DNA of 64,000 nt from Eledone cirrhosa (GCA_964016885.1 OZ024759.1:29698001-29762000), one strand, 5' to 3'. Positions 1 to 15,814 are shown, counted from the stretch's first letter. Notes: generated by a model from the sequence alone, not told the origin. Numbers and translations are program-made.

Positions 1-156
1 AGTATATCTAAAATTCCATACATTTAACATGTACTACACACACACACAGACACATATATATATATTTGTATATGCATACACTCACACACATATATATATG
101 TATATATATACAAAAAGACACATACATATCCACACACACATATATATATACAGAGA

Positions 157-246
<90 letters not shown>

Positions 247-396
247 GATTATGCTGTCTCTGTAAATATTAATATCTGTAGGCATCTATGTATGTATGTA
301 TTTATATAAAGTATTTATATATAACATATAGTGTATATATATTTTGTACCTAGAATATATATATATATCATCATTATCATCATCATCATCATCATC

Positions 397-448
<52 letters not shown>

Positions 449-632
449 ATGTTAATGTGGAAAATGGCTGCTAAATGATGATGATATGTATATACACACA
501 CACACACACACACATATATATAAATATATATATATGTATAAATATATATATGTATGTACATATGTATATAAGTCTATGTATAAATAAATATATATATATG
601 TATGTATTTATATAAGTGTTTATATAAGTGCA

Positions 633-663
<31 letters not shown>

Positions 664-1326
664 GTATGTATTCATATAAGTGCATATATATATAGATATA
701 TACATACATATATATACATAAACCAATGGAATAGTTAATAAGCTGGTGAAATGATGATTATTTCCCTTCCGAAACCATCTCCAGTTAATTGTGAACCTAG
801 AATCAACATAAATGACATCTAGATTATTTAATCTAGCAACATATATTCTAAGATGAGTTCATTTGATGACAATTTTTATGTATAATAATCATAATCATCA
901 TCATCATCATCATCATCATCCTCATCATCATCATAACTGTCATTATTATTTTCATAATCAGCAGCATAATTGCCATCGTCATCATTACCATTGTTATTCT
1001 CATCATCGTCTTTACTATCCTCATCATTATTAATGTTATTATCATCATCATTAGCATCATCAGCATTATCTTGTTCTTGCTCTTGTTGTTGTTGTTGTTG
1101 TTCTTCTTCTTCTTCATCTTCTCCGCCCTCTTATTCCTGAGACAGAAACCTCAAACACTCCTTTCCAAGGGGTCTTCTCAGAAGCAACCATCGCCAACTG
1201 ATCAGGCTGGATCCCCAAGTGAGACCAGCCAAGCTCATGGATGTTATTCAACCATCTTACTCGGGGTCAACTCCTGGGTCTCCTACCTGTTGGTTATGAC
1301 TGTAAAATCTGTCCTGTGATTTTTTT

Positions 1327-2057
1327 CCTGAGACATTCTAACCACATGTCCATAATATTTGAGCTTTGATCTCTCAATTCAGAGAAGTAGTGGCTCTATC
1401 TGGAGACCCTCCAGCAATTGTTTCCTGAGACAGTCTAACCACATGTCCATAATATTTGAGCTTTGATCTCTCGATTCAGAGAAGTAGTGGCTCTATCTGG
1501 AGACCCTCCAGCAATTGTTTCCTGAGACATTCTAACCACATGTCCATAATATTTGAGCTTTGATCTCTCAATTCAGAGAAGTAGTGGCTCTATCTGGAGA
1601 CCCTCCAGCAATTGTTTCCTGAGACAGTCTAACCACATGTCCATAATATTTGAGCTTTGATCTCTCAATTCAGAGAAGTAGTGGCTCTATCTGGAGACCC
1701 TCCAGCAATTGTTTCCTGAGACATTCTAACCACATGTCCATAATATTTGAGCTTTGATCTCTCAATTCAGAGAAGTAGTGGCTCTATCTGGAGACCCTCC
1801 AGCAATTCTTTCCTGAGACATTCTAACCACATGTCCATAATATTTGAGCTTTGATCTCTCAATTCAGAGAAGTAGTGGCTCTATCTGGAGACCCTCCAGC
1901 AATTCTTTCCTGAGACATTCTAACCACATGTCCATAATATTTGAGCTTTGATCTCTCAATTCAGAGAAGTAGTGGCTCTATGTAGAGCAATACTCCAGCA
2001 ATTCTTTCCTGAGACATTCTGACCACATGCCCATAGTATCGGAACTGTGATCTCTCA
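1327..2057. repeat. 97-bp tandem repeat (~7.5 copies) derived from an RTE LINE 3' segment
   Basis: Unit CCTGAGACATTCTAACCACATGTCC...; period 97; the minus strand reads '..QLKYYGHVVRMSQE'-like. Confidence 0.85.
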
Positions 2058-2741
2058 TAGCATCTATTATCATCATCCTCATCAACATTATTCTCATCAT
2101 TATCACCCTTTTATGCCTGCATTTCCATAGTGTTGGTACAGCATCCTAGTCTTATTACAATCCTTCCTCATTTCCCCAGATTCAGTGGTTTGAGGTCAGC
2201 TCTCACAACATCAGCCCAGTTCTTCCTTTGTATGGCTGAGTTTTCTCATTTTTATATGTATTCAGTATATATATATATCCTCATCATTGTTTAACGTCCA
2301 ACTTCCATGCAAGCATGGGTTAGACGAGTTTGTCCAATAATATAGATATATATATAATAATATATATATATAATATATATAATATATATATAATATATAT
2401 ATATAATATTATATATATATATATCATCATCATCACCATTTTACATTCATTCTTCCACACTAGTATGGGTTATACGGGTTGTCCTGTTGTGGGCAGTGTT
2501 CAGTCAGCTGACCTTGTCTTGCTCATACGGGAACGGATTTTGGCTTGATTTCTACAGCTGGATGCCCTTCCTAACACCAACCTTTTTTACCGTGGCACCT
2601 ACACATATAAATAACTATATCTATATAAATATCTACATATATATCTATATCTATCTATCTTGTGTGTATATATATATATATATATAAAATATATATATAT
2701 ATATATAATATATATATAATATATATATATATAATATATAT

Positions 2742-2847
<106 letters not shown>

Positions 2848-2902
2848 TATTTCGTATATATAACAATATAATATATATATATATATAATATATATAATAT
2901 AT

Positions 2903-2934
<32 letters not shown>

Positions 2935-2957
2935 ATATATATATATATATAATATAT

Positions 2958-3305
2958 ATCATCATCATCATCATCATCATCATTTTACGTCCGCTTTTCC
3001 CTGCTTGCAAGGGTGGGACGGGAATTGATTCTGGCTTGATTTCTACAGCTGGATGCCCTTCCTAACACCAACCTCATTTACAGTGAGTGCTGGGTGCTTT
3101 TTTGCCGTGGCACCTCCACGACCACTTTACAGTGGAATGATAGGGACCCCAGTCCCTATCATCTCATTTCTACAGCTGAGTAAACTGGAGCAATGTGAAA
3201 TAAAGTGTCTTGCTCAAGGAAACAACACATCACCCGGTCTGAGAATTGAACTCACAACCTTTCGATTGCAAGGCCAACGCTCTAACCACTAAGCCATGTG
3301 CCTCC
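2958..3305 (-). mobile_element. SINE family A copy
   Basis: Near-identical to 48716-49060. Confidence 0.85.
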
Positions 3306-3534
3306 TATATATATATATATATAATATATATATATATATATAATATATATATATATATATAATATATATATATATATAATATATATATATATATATAATA
3401 TATATATATATATATAATATATATATATAATATATATATATAATATATATATATATATAATATATATATATATATAATATATATATATAATATATATATA
3501 TAATATATATATATATATAATATATATATATAAT

Positions 3535-3613
<79 letters not shown>

Positions 3614-3717
3614 TATATATATATAATATATATATATATAATATATATAATATATATGGATGTTAAACGATGATGATGATGATGATGATATATATAAATT
3701 ATCCACACACACATATA

Positions 3718-3765
<48 letters not shown>

Positions 3766-3796
3766 TATTATATTATATATATATATGTATATATAC

Positions 3797-3853
<57 letters not shown>

Positions 3854-3922
3854 CATATATATTATATTATATATATATATGTATATATACATATACATAT
3901 ATATATATATATACATATATAT

Positions 3923-3972
<50 letters not shown>

Positions 3973-3987
3973 CATATACATGTATAT

Positions 3988-4054
<67 letters not shown>

Positions 4055-4530
4055 AATTCCACCAAGCCATATAACATTAATAACAAGCTCTAAATATGTA
4101 CAGAGGAAGTGTGTGAAAAAAAATTTGCATTTCTATGGTGAACAGCAACAACATCAACATTAGCAACATCACCCCCACCCCCCAAAAAAACCCCACTACA
4201 CCCCACCATCACTACAGCTGCCGATACTACTACCACAGCAGCAACAACTACCACAACAACAACAGCAACAGCAGCAGTGATAAGGTGCATTAATCAGAAG
4301 CGTGCGATAGGGTAAGATACCTACCTCGATAGGTAAGGGTTGTGCCTGAAAAGGACAGGTTGGCAGGAAGCAGGTTAGAATGGCAGATAGAAAAACAGGT
4401 TGGAAAAATAGCAAAAAACTGTTACAAGAAGCATACAAAGGATTTAAGCATACAAAGGTTAGTACAGGTGTGTTACAGGTAAAATTTACCTCTAGGTATC
4501 CTGTGACACATGAAATCACAAAGGATTTAA

Positions 4531-4883
4531 CCCTTTAGCATTTAAATGGACCGTATCCAGTTGTACAGCCACAGATTCAACATGTCTTTAATATTTAGTC
4601 ATAGACTTGCTCGATCAGGGCTCACCTAGGGCTAAACAACCACTCATTAACCCTTTAGCATTTAAACTGGCCGTATCTGGCCAGAATTCTGTCACCTCTT
4701 TCTGTTCAAATCGGCTGTAACTAACCACTCATACTGATGTTAAGGTATTGTTCTCAAAATGAATAATATCAAAATCTCATAGATTCGATATTATGTTAGA
4801 TATTTATGTGAAATAAAGTGTTTGTCATGAAAATACAATAGTATATATAATAGTACATATAGAGTAATGTAAATGCTAAAGGG
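4531..4883. mobile_element. piggyBac-type MITE (TIR CCCTTTAGCATTTA, TTAA target)
   Basis: TTAA|CCCTTTAGCATTTA at 4531 and 4651; TAAATGCTAAAGGG|TTAA at 4883. It interrupts a ggatTTAAgcatac repeat unit. Related copies at ~14640-15160, 21500-21617, 57045-57750 and 59925-60220. Confidence 0.7.
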
Positions 4884-5024
4884 TTAAGCATACAAAGGTT
4901 AGAGCAAGTGTACCTGAGATAAAGCTTAACTTTTAATATCTTATAACATGAAATCACAAAGGATTTAATCAAACAAACGTTAGGACAGTTGTTACAGGTA
5001 CAGTTTAGCTGTTAATATCGTAAG

Positions 5025-5790
5025 ACACATAAAATCACAAAATATTCTAACATAAAAAGATTAGAATAGGTGGGTTTGTGGTAAAGCTTAGCTTTTAATA
5101 ACCTGTAACACATGAAATCACAAAATATTCTAACATAAAAAGATTAGAATAGGTGGGTTTGTGGTAAAGCTTAGCTTTTAATAACCTGTAACACATAAAA
5201 TCACAAAATATTCTAACATAAAAAGATTAGAATAGGTGGGTTTGTGGTAAAGCTTAGCTTTTAATAACCTGTAACACATAAAATCACAAAATATTCTAAC
5301 ATAAAAAGATTAGAATAGGTGGGTTTGTGGTAAAGCTTAGCTTTTAATAACCTGTAACACATAAAATCACAAAATATTCTAACATAAAAAGATTAGAATA
5401 GGTGGGTTTGTGGTAAAGCTTAGCTTTTAATAACCTGTAACACATAAAATCACAAAATATTCTAACATAAAAAGATTAGAATAGGTGGGTTTGTGGTAAA
5501 GCTTAGCTTTTAATAACCTGTAACACATAAAATCACAAAATATTCTAACATAAAAAGATTAGAATAGGTGGGTTTGTGGTAAAGCTTAGCTTTTAATAAC
5601 CTGTAACACATAAAATCACAAAATATTCTAACATAAAAAGATTAGAATAGGTGGGTTTGTGGTAAAGCTTAGCTTTTAATAACCTGTAACACATGAAATC
5701 ACAAAATATTCTAACATAAAAAGATTAGAATAGGTGGGTTTGTGGTAAAGCTTAGCTTTTAATATCCTGTAACACATGAAATCACAAAAT
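5025..5790. repeat. 83-bp minisatellite (~9 near-identical copies, with degenerate flanking copies 4430-5910)
   Basis: AATATTCTAACATAAAAAG recurs at 5041, 5124, 5207 and onward. Confidence 0.9.
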
Positions 5791-6092
5791 ATTTAAGCAT
5801 ACAATGGTTAGAAAAGGTGTGACACAGGTAAAGTTTAGCTCTTAATATCCTAGGACACATGAAATTACAAAATATTTAAGCATACAAAGGTTAGAACAGG
5901 TGTGACACATCTATTTCTTTAAGTCCTACGAAACCTTTGGTAATGCACAACATTGTCAAACTGTTAGTACATATATTTTCATTTTCGATATCAAGTCTGC
6001 ATTGTACTTTTCATTCACATCTACACACCTCGCTCTATATATAGATATATATGTTTGTTTGTGTGTGCGTGTGTATGTTTGTATATATATAT

Positions 6093-6130
<38 letters not shown>

Positions 6131-6515
6131 CTATATATCTATATATATATATATATATATATATACAGTACATATATATGTAGATTAATCTACCAAAATA
6201 TACGGTAGTGTCCAATCCATATGAAGAACTCAATGTAATCCAAATATCATGAAAAGAGAAGATGTATTCAACATTTTTTCGATGAAAAACACAGGAAAAC
6301 AGAGTCAAGATAAATTAATAAAAATAATGAATAAAACAAAGAAAAAGTTCTTTATATTAAAAAATTCATCATTTAAATGATGAATTTTTTAATATAACGA
6401 ACTGTTTCCTTGTTTTTATTCATTATTTTTATTAATTTATATACATATATATATATATATATATATGTCTGTGCGTGTGTATGTATGTATATATATATAT
6501 ATATGTGTGTGTGTA

Positions 6516-6581
<66 letters not shown>

Positions 6582-6869
6582 CACACACACACACATACAA
6601 ACACACACACATATATATATATATATATACATATGCAATTGTTTGTTAACAGAAATGGTGAATAAAGATTGGTGTGTTTTTGAATGAGGTCTGTACGTGC
6701 TGTCTATATAAAGAGTACATCAATGAGAGAGAAAGCAACCGAACATTGCTTCTCAGAGTCTTTTCCATTCCTACTCTATAGAACTGCACGTTCATGGTTT
6801 TTCTCCAGAAACATCTACCTATATATATATATTATATAATATATATCTGAACATTAATCAGTATACACT

Positions 6870-7167
6870 GAGGATGAAAAACTCAGAGCTGTATGGGAGC
6901 ATCCCAAAAGTGAGCTCAAAAGTGACACAGAGGAGACTGAGGTTGGCTGGACATGCTCACCGACATCCAGAGTTGATACTGCACTCAGTGCTCCTTTGGG
7001 AGCCCCTACATGGACACACTAGAAGAGGAAGACCAAGGTTAACATATGTTGATGCCCTGAGGACAGACACTGGTCTGTTGGAGGTGCAGGATATGGCAGC
7101 GATAATGAGGGACAGAGACCGCTGGAGAGAACTCGTCCATGGATCTCGGGAATTTTACCCGCCTTAG
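6870..7167 (+). mobile_element. LINE (RTE-like) 3' fragment, second family
   Basis: RRLRLAGHAHRH...GRPRLTYVDALRTDTGL...DRDRWRELV; shorter copies at ~30140-30300 (+) and ~53355-53476 (-). Confidence 0.75.
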
Positions 7168-7415
7168 ATAGATAGATATATATGTGCGTGTCTGTTTGTC
7201 TGTGTGTGTGTGTTGACCACATCTACCTATGTTTTTTTTTTTACACACATATGCAACACAGAGAAATATATATATAAATATATATATATATATATGTTTG
7301 TATATAAACATATATATATTTATATATGCTTATATATATATGTGTGGATATATATATATATATGTGTGTGTATAATTATATATATGTTTATATACATTTA
7401 TACATATCTATATAC

Positions 7416-7466
<51 letters not shown>

Positions 7467-7557
7467 TATATACACACACACATTAATATATATATATATA
7501 TACACATTTATATATGTTTGGGGTGCTAACTATACGTATTTTGCGGATAGCCAGTTG

Positions 7558-7638
<81 letters not shown>

Positions 7639-7787
7639 TATTTTTGAGTTTATGTTGGTTGTATACCAACATCTCAGTATGCAGGCTGGAGCACTCGACG
7701 AAGTGCGCAGGTTGGTTTGGTTACTCCGGAGTAGTGTAAAATAAAGTTAAATAAAAGTCAAATGATTAAAATTTAGCTTTGTTTATT

Positions 7788-7842
7788 ACTGCTATATATA
7801 TTTCAGTGACAGCCATCTTTGGCTGTGACCTCTTCAGGCAGT
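7788..7842 (-). ncRNA. Type I hammerhead ribozyme (minimal, palindromic stem III)
   Basis: Minus strand: ACTGC-CTGAAGA-GGTCACAGCC aaagat GGCTGTCACT-GAA-ATATATAT-A-GCAGT; stem I ACTGC/GCAGT, canonical core, AUA cleavage triplet. Confidence 0.8.
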
Positions 7843-8031
7843 TTGAATTAGTATGGTATAGACAAGTACATATGTTGTTTAGGTGTATAATATTGTCAAT
7901 ACTCTGATATGCCCAGTTCCCTGTTGGGTTGTTATTTCATTGAGGAACAGTTCCAAAGATGGCTGTCACTGAAATATATATAGCAGTAATAAACAAAGCT
8001 AAATTTTAATCATTTGACTTTTATTTAACCT

Positions 8032-8097
<66 letters not shown>

Positions 8098-8628
8098 TAT
8101 ATATGTATGTATATAAACATATATATATTTATATATGCTTGTATATATATGTGGATATATATATATATATGTGTGTGCATAATTATATATATGTTTATAT
8201 ACATTTATACATATCTATATACATATATATATACATACATATATATACATATATATATACACACACATTAATATATATATATATATATATATACACATTT
8301 ATATATATACATACACATTATAATTCATAGAAGAGAAAAAAATGATCGTGTAGATAAAAGAAGTTATGAATAAATTATATTATGGATATATACTTGTGAT
8401 TTGTCTCTGTAAGTCTGGTGAATTTTTGCTACTGATGGCTCTGTCTCACTAGAGTACATATTGAGTGTGTATATATTATATATATATATACAATATATTA
8501 ACAAATGGAAACTATATTTATAAAACCATATTTATTTCATTATACATACTCCAATAATTTGTTGAGTGCTTTATATCAGTTATAAAAATATTTTGCTTGT
8601 TGTATCCCAACAAATTAAATATAACCTC

Positions 8629-8705
<77 letters not shown>

Positions 8706-9004
8706 ATAAATGTATATATATATATGTATATATCTATATCTCTATATATATATGTATATTTATATATATATCTATATATATATATGTATCATCATCATCA
8801 TCCTTTTACGTCTGCTTTACCCTGCTTGCAAGGGTGGGACGGGAACTGATTCTGGCTTGATTTCTACAGCTGGATGCCCTTCCTAACACCGACCTCATTT
8901 ACAGTGAGTGGTGGGTGGTTTTTGCCGTGGCACCCACACGACCACTTTGCAGTGGAATGATAGGGACCCCAGTCCCTATCATCTCATTTCTACACCTGAG
9001 TAAA

Positions 9005-9043
<39 letters not shown>

Positions 9044-9356
9044 AACGAGTAGGACCCCGACGACTGAGCTCAAGCCGTTTTGACGGCTAATTCTTGACTA
9101 AAATTAGCCGTCGAAACGGCTTGAGCTCAGCCGTCGGGGTCCTACTCGTTCCTATTACCCACTCTACTACCCTAAGTATTGAGTACTTGGGTGCGTTATG
9201 GTCCATCTGGTTCCTTACCACATTTCCTTTGTTATATATATATATATAATTTATATATGATATATGTATGTAAAAGTTAGACAGAAATAACAACACAATC
9301 GGTACAGTATATGGAAGGAATATATTAGATTAACACTTAAAATAGCAAGAAGAGGG

Positions 9357-9396
9357 TCTTAACGTTTCGGACGCTAGTCCTTCATCAGAATAAAGA
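9357..9396 (-). ncRNA. Hammerhead ribozyme motif (Penelope-like LTR type, weak stem I)
   Basis: CTGATGA-A-GGAC tagc GTCC-GAAACGTT-AAGA; palindromic AACGTT stem III; a related copy lies at 19005-19040. Confidence 0.55.
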
Positions 9397-9958
9397 ATGA
9401 GAAATTAGAAAGATTAAAGGGACAGGCGGGGTGGAATTGGAAAAAAAACGTTTTCAGAGAAAAGTAACAGGTCCAATCATGTTGTCATCTCTTAGAAAAC
9501 TGTTGATGTCTGCATTTTGTGTTGGGACCGGATGGCTGACAACTAGCAGTTGAAATGGCAAGAGGTCAGCTGTCAGGTCCTGGCTCATTATCATCATCAT
9601 CATCCTCATTGTTTAATGTCTATCTTCCACACTAGCATGGGTTTATATTATAACCATATTCTACTACCCCAAGTATTGAGTATTTTTTCTCTTTGTGTAT
9701 GCCGTAATTCCTTTATTGATTAACTAATTGTGCAATCTGCACCTAATATATCCAGGATATTACATAACCGGGCCTTCAAATATATAGTGTTTGTGCAACA
9801 ATAAAACTTTAACCCTTTAGCATTTGCATTACTCTATATATACTATTGTATTTTCATGGTAATGACATTTTAATGCCTTTGAAATGTGCATAGTAGGTAT
9901 GATGTAATGAGAATAAACCAAAGTTGAATATATAAAACTGAAAACTCTCTTCTTTTTT

Positions 9959-10038
<80 letters not shown>

Positions 10039-10836
10039 TGCATATATATATAGACACACATACATACATATATATATAGACACACATACATACATATATA
10101 TACATATATATATATGTGTATATATATACATATATATATACATATATATATATACATACATATATATACATATATATATATATACATATATATACATATA
10201 TACATATAGACATACATATATATACATATATAGACACACACACATATATGTATATATACATATATACAGACACATATATATATACACACACACATATATA
10301 TATATACATATATACATACATATATATATATACATATATATACCTACATATATATATATATATATACACACACATCATATATCACATATTTGCCACATTT
10401 ATCTATGACATTTGTATATGTTAATCTGAGTAAAGTGTCTTAGTAAAGATAGTAACCCAGAGTAACCTATAGTGACTTAGTGAAGCTTATTAACTTATGA
10501 AAAGTAGGGGAGAGTGATAAGGAAGCAGAGAGTGACTTATTTGAATGATGAACAAATGGCTTCAGAAGTTACATAATTTAGTTATTAGCCAGTAGCTGTC
10601 GTGCATTGTTGATCAGTTTAGTAGAAGGACACATGACAAGAGACAAGACATTGATTCTCTACATCACTTGATCACATAGTTGTTGTCAGCTTTTATTGAA
10701 GGAAAGAAAGAAAGGAAAGAAGGAAGGAAAGGAAGGAAAGGAAGAAGGAAAGAAAACAAAGAAGGAAAGGAAGAAAGAAAGAAAGAAAGACAGTGCAGTG
10801 GCTGTATTTTGGTCCAATTCCATACATAGGTAATTA

Positions 10837-10874
<38 letters not shown>

Positions 10875-10895
10875 ATGTATGTATGTATATATATA

Positions 10896-11226
10896 TCATC
10901 ATCATCATCATCATTTCATTTTACGTCTGCTTTTTCCCTGCTTGCAAGGGTGGGACGGGAACTGATTCTGGCTTGATTTCTACAGCTGGATGCCCTTCGT
11001 AACACCAACCTCATTTACAGTGAGTGCTGGGTGCTTTTTTGCCGTGGCACCTCCACGACCACTTTGCAGTGGAATGATAGGGACCCCAGTCCCTATCATC
11101 TCATTTCTACAGCTGAGTAAACTGGAGCAATGTGAAATAAAGTGTCTTGCTCAAGGAAACAACACATCACCCGGTCTGAGAATTGAACTCACAACCTTTC
11201 GATTGCAAGGCTAATGCTCTAACCAC
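10896..11226 (-). mobile_element. SINE family A copy
   Basis: Near-identical to 48716-49060; a related tRNA-head SINE follows at ~11238-11453. Confidence 0.8.
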
Positions 11227-11452
11227 ATATATATATAAGTCGATCGACTTTCATCAAATTGGACCAATGAAACAATATTTCCGTTGGTCTCTCCAATTGC
11301 TAATACTCTATATCGGTTACAACTCCAGGTAGAAGGAGCAACATGAAATAAAGTGTCTTGCTCAAGGACATAACGCATCGCCTGATCCGAGAGTCGAACT
11401 CTCAACCTCACGATTGCGAATCCAATTCTCTAACCACTCAGCCACGCGCCTT

Positions 11453-11492
<40 letters not shown>

Positions 11493-11643
11493 TTGTTATA
11501 CTTTGGGAGGGTCATGTTGCCAATAAGAAACACACGCACCAGTTGCTTTCACTTCAATTTATTATAATAAATTTATAAATTTAGGAATTTATAAATTTTT
11601 GGTTGGTTGGTTGGTTCCACAACCAGATGGTTGTTTATATATT

Positions 11644-11686
11644 GTCAAAGTTCTTTCGTCACACATTCTGTGACCTCTTCAGTGAC
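11644..11686 (-). ncRNA. Type I hammerhead ribozyme motif
   Basis: GTCA-CTGAAGA-G-GTCAC agaatgt GTGAC-GAA-AGAACT-T-TGAC; stem I GTCA/TGAC. Confidence 0.7.
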
Positions 11687-12239
11687 TGGGGATTCTTTTC
11701 TTTGTTTTTTGTGCCTCTCCTTTGTTCTGTCCTATGCCATCTTGTTTTTGTGTGTGTGTTGTGTGCTTAGTTTGCGCATGTGTTACATCCGGGTCTCTGT
11801 GTGTGTTTATATTCGTTTATTTATTTGCTTATTTACATGTTACTGGTTGGTTGTTTGTTCTATGTGCGTATGTGTTTTCATTTTGTCCTTAATTGTAAGT
11901 TGTGATGTTGCTGTTCCACTCATGTTTTCTATTTAATTTTGGTTGTAATTCATTTATGTTTATTGCCTCTGTGATTTGTCTAAACATTGCGTCTTTTCTG
12001 TGTGTAGATTCTATTTTTATTTCTATGTTCTCTAATTTACCCTTATGATTAATAGTAATAGTAATAGTATTAATACTAAAGAGATTAATAGTAATAGTAT
12101 TAATAATATAATAAAGATATTGTGAAGTAAGATTACCTCCAGCTACAGACGGTTTTATATTTTTTTTTTTGGGGGGGTGGTCATTATTTTATCTTTATGG
12201 AGTGAAGAGACAACAGAGTTAGTGGCACTGTTTAATTAG

Positions 12240-12290
<51 letters not shown>

Positions 12291-13821
12291 AGATTAAATG
12301 ACTTGATAATACTGTATGAGGCAGACAAATATTCAAAGCTCTAATGTGATTTTATTAATAAGTAGATGTGGCTGTGAATAAGTACGCAATATCAAAAACA
12401 ATAGTCGTAACTTTTAGCATAATTGTTCTTTTATATATCCTCCTACTGATGCAACATTATTGTTGTTATAAGCTTACTGTCAGACACCATGCTTTGCAGC
12501 ATAGTGTTATGGCCCTTTATATTCTGAGTTCAAATCCTGTCAAAGTTAGCTTTGCCTTTCATCCTTATGAGGTCGATAAAATAAAGTACCAGTAATGCAC
12601 TGGGGTAATTGCTAGCCTTGTGCTAACGTAGAAACAATTATTTTTATATTGCTTTTTATTAACATACAATATACTTAATATATACTTAAAATTGGTTGTA
12701 TCTTTAATGAACAAGTGTTATTAATTTGACCAGTGGATTGGCAGAATTGGTAGAGGGTCGGACACCAGGCTTTGACGCATAGAGTTACGGCCCTTGCCAT
12801 TCTGAGTTCAAATCCCGGCGAGGTTAACTTTGCCTTTCATCCTTACGGGGTCGATAAAATAAAGTACCAGTAATGCCTTGTGCCAAAAGTAGAAACAATT
12901 AAATTGACCAGCCCTAATTTCACTCCTATAATTATTTGTTTTGAGTCAAAATACAAATATTAAATATACTTGTCAAACTAATCAAAATATAATACATGTA
13001 GTTAAAAAAAATATATTTTACACATCTTGACTTCCATAATGTTTAATACATTTCATATTACATGCAAAGCCAGTTTACGTATTTTGAATTTTTGTGTATA
13101 CTTATATATATATATATCCGTCTAACCCCTGCTAGCGTGGAAAATGGACGTTAAATGAAGTTGATGATGATGATGATATATATATATATATATATAATCA
13201 TTTTACATCCGCTTTTCCCTGCGTGCAAGGGTGGGACAGGTCCTATTCAGTACAGCATCTCTCCACTTGTCACTGTCCTTTATTATCTCCTCCGTGAGCT
13301 TCAGCAATCTGAGGTCTGCTCGCACCACCTCCGCCCATGTTTTTCGTGGTCTTCCTCTACTGCGTCTTCCTTCTACTGGGATTTCTCAGCACTTCTTTAC
13401 CCAGCGGTCATCCTCCATGCGCATCACATGTCCAGGATAATAAGGTATCGTTGAAAGTAATCCAACTAGAGGTTATGAGTACTCTGTGTTGAGGATAGTT
13501 TTAACATACGGCATTGTTTGACTCAACAAAAGCGTCCGTGGCCACCGTGGCCAGTTTAAGAAAGTTCCTAGGCAGTTCTTGGAGTAATAACAGCAACAGA
13601 ATGAAGAATAACATAGTTGGCTGTTCAATAGGGTTTATTTACGGTATTAACAATTGTTTCATTAGTCAGGTGAGTTTAAATGTCGCTGATCGTGAGAAGC
13701 TACGTCACTCAACCTTAATTACAGTTGATACCCGACCAAATCATCATAATACTGATATATAAACCCTATTGTACAGCCGACCATGTTATTCTTAATTATT
13801 TTGCTATACATATATATATAT

Positions 13822-14166
13822 ATCATCATCATCATCATCATCATTTTACGTCCACTTTTCCCTGCTTGCAAGGGTGGGACGGGAACTGATTCTGGCTTCA
13901 TTTCTACAGCTGGATGCCCTTCCTAACACCAACCTCATTTACAGTGAGTGCTGGGTGCTTTTTTGCCGTGGCACCTCTACGACCACTTTGCAGTGGAATG
14001 ATAGGGACCCCAGTCCCTATCATCTCATTTCTACAGCTGAGTAAACTGGAGCAATGTGAAATAAAGTGTCTTGCTCAAGGAAACAACACATCACCCGGTC
14101 TGAGAATTGAACTCACAACCTTTCGATTGCAAGGCCAATGCTCTAACCACTAAGCCATGTGCCTCC
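13822..14166 (-). mobile_element. SINE family A copy
   Basis: Near-identical to 48716-49060. Confidence 0.85.
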
Positions 14167-15562
14167 TATATATATATATATATACATATATAAATATATA
14201 CACATATATATATATATATATATATGTATACACACTTATATGTATATACATATACATATATATATACACACACTTATATGTATATTTGCATATATATATA
14301 AAAGATAAACGTATGACAATCTCCATTGGGGGTAATACAATCTTGACAAATTAATATTAGAAAGTTTCACTTGTGTCGTCTCGCTAACTGCATTAAGATA
14401 TCCAATTATATTAGTGATACGTAACTTAATGTTTTTCTTTTTGATTGGTGGCCTAGAGGAAGGTATTAGAGAAGGTGGACATCCTGGTCTGGGGTTCCAT
14501 CTCTGTCAGGTTCAAAACTAATATATATATATATGTATATATATATATACACACACATATATATATACACACACACACATATCTATCTATATATATTCAC
14601 ACATATATAAATAATGACAACAGTGACATAAACAGGTACTCAAGTTTCGTTGGGTTCTGGGCCCCAATTTGGCCGGATTTGGGGCCAGTTTAAATGCTAA
14701 AGGGTTTAAAATATTAGCCATTTACATTACTCTATATTTACTATTGTATTTTTGTGGTAAAGGCTTTATCTTACATAATTATCTCACATAATATCAAATC
14801 TAGGAGATTTCGATATTATATATGTTGAAAACAAACCTTAACATTAGCAGCTGGCTACAGCCAGTTTGAACAAAAAGAGGTGAGAGTATTCTGGCCGGAT
14901 TTGAGGCCAGTTTAAATGCTAATGGGTTAAACATATTAGCCTTTACATGACTCTATATTAAACGATTATATTTTCGCAGTAAAGGCTTTACCTCACATAA
15001 TTATCTCCCATAATATCGAATCTATGAGATTGTGATATTGTTTATGTTGAAAACAATACCTTAACATCAGTATGAGCAGCCAGTTACAGCCAGTTTGAAC
15101 AGAAAGAAAGAGGTGAGAGAATTCCAGCCGGATACGGCTGGTTTAAATGCTAAGCAGTTAAAGTTCAAATTAGTACAACAAAAACAATAACACTCACAAC
15201 AAATCCCAGCTCTATTTTGTGGTCATGTCTAATTCATTGAATATAACATACAACCCGAAGATATCCATTTTATCCGGAAGGAAGGATTTGCTGATGGTGG
15301 GATAAGATCCATGACTATTATAGGAAATAACAGTTTTTAAGACAAAATAGCTGTAATGCTTTTACAATGAAATGGTTTTACAATGAAGAAATCTGATTGT
15401 CAGAGAATGTAAACCACAAGCTGTGGATGTGTTGTATGTCTAGGCAAAGGAAACTATCAGTTGCCTGCCAAGAAGTTCATTAGCTGATCTCTATAATGTT
15501 TATTAAAGGTTATGGCTTTCAATATATCTCATGAAATTTTATTATTATTAATAATAATAACA

Positions 15563-15601
<39 letters not shown>

Positions 15602-15615
15602 TACACACAAATATA

Positions 15616-15676
<61 letters not shown>

Positions 15677-15814
15677 TAGCGTGGAAAATGGACGTTAAAC
15701 AAAGATGATGATGATGATGATATATATATGTATGTATGTATTTATATATATGTGTGTGTATTTATATGTATATATGTACATGTGTATATATACATGTGTA
15801 TATATACATATATG

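Noticed and set aside
5025-5790. Regular repeat array that might be taken for CRISPR
   Set aside because: The units are identical end to end with no unique spacers, and the context is eukaryotic. The same applies to 1327-2057, 44400-45312 and 52025-52820.
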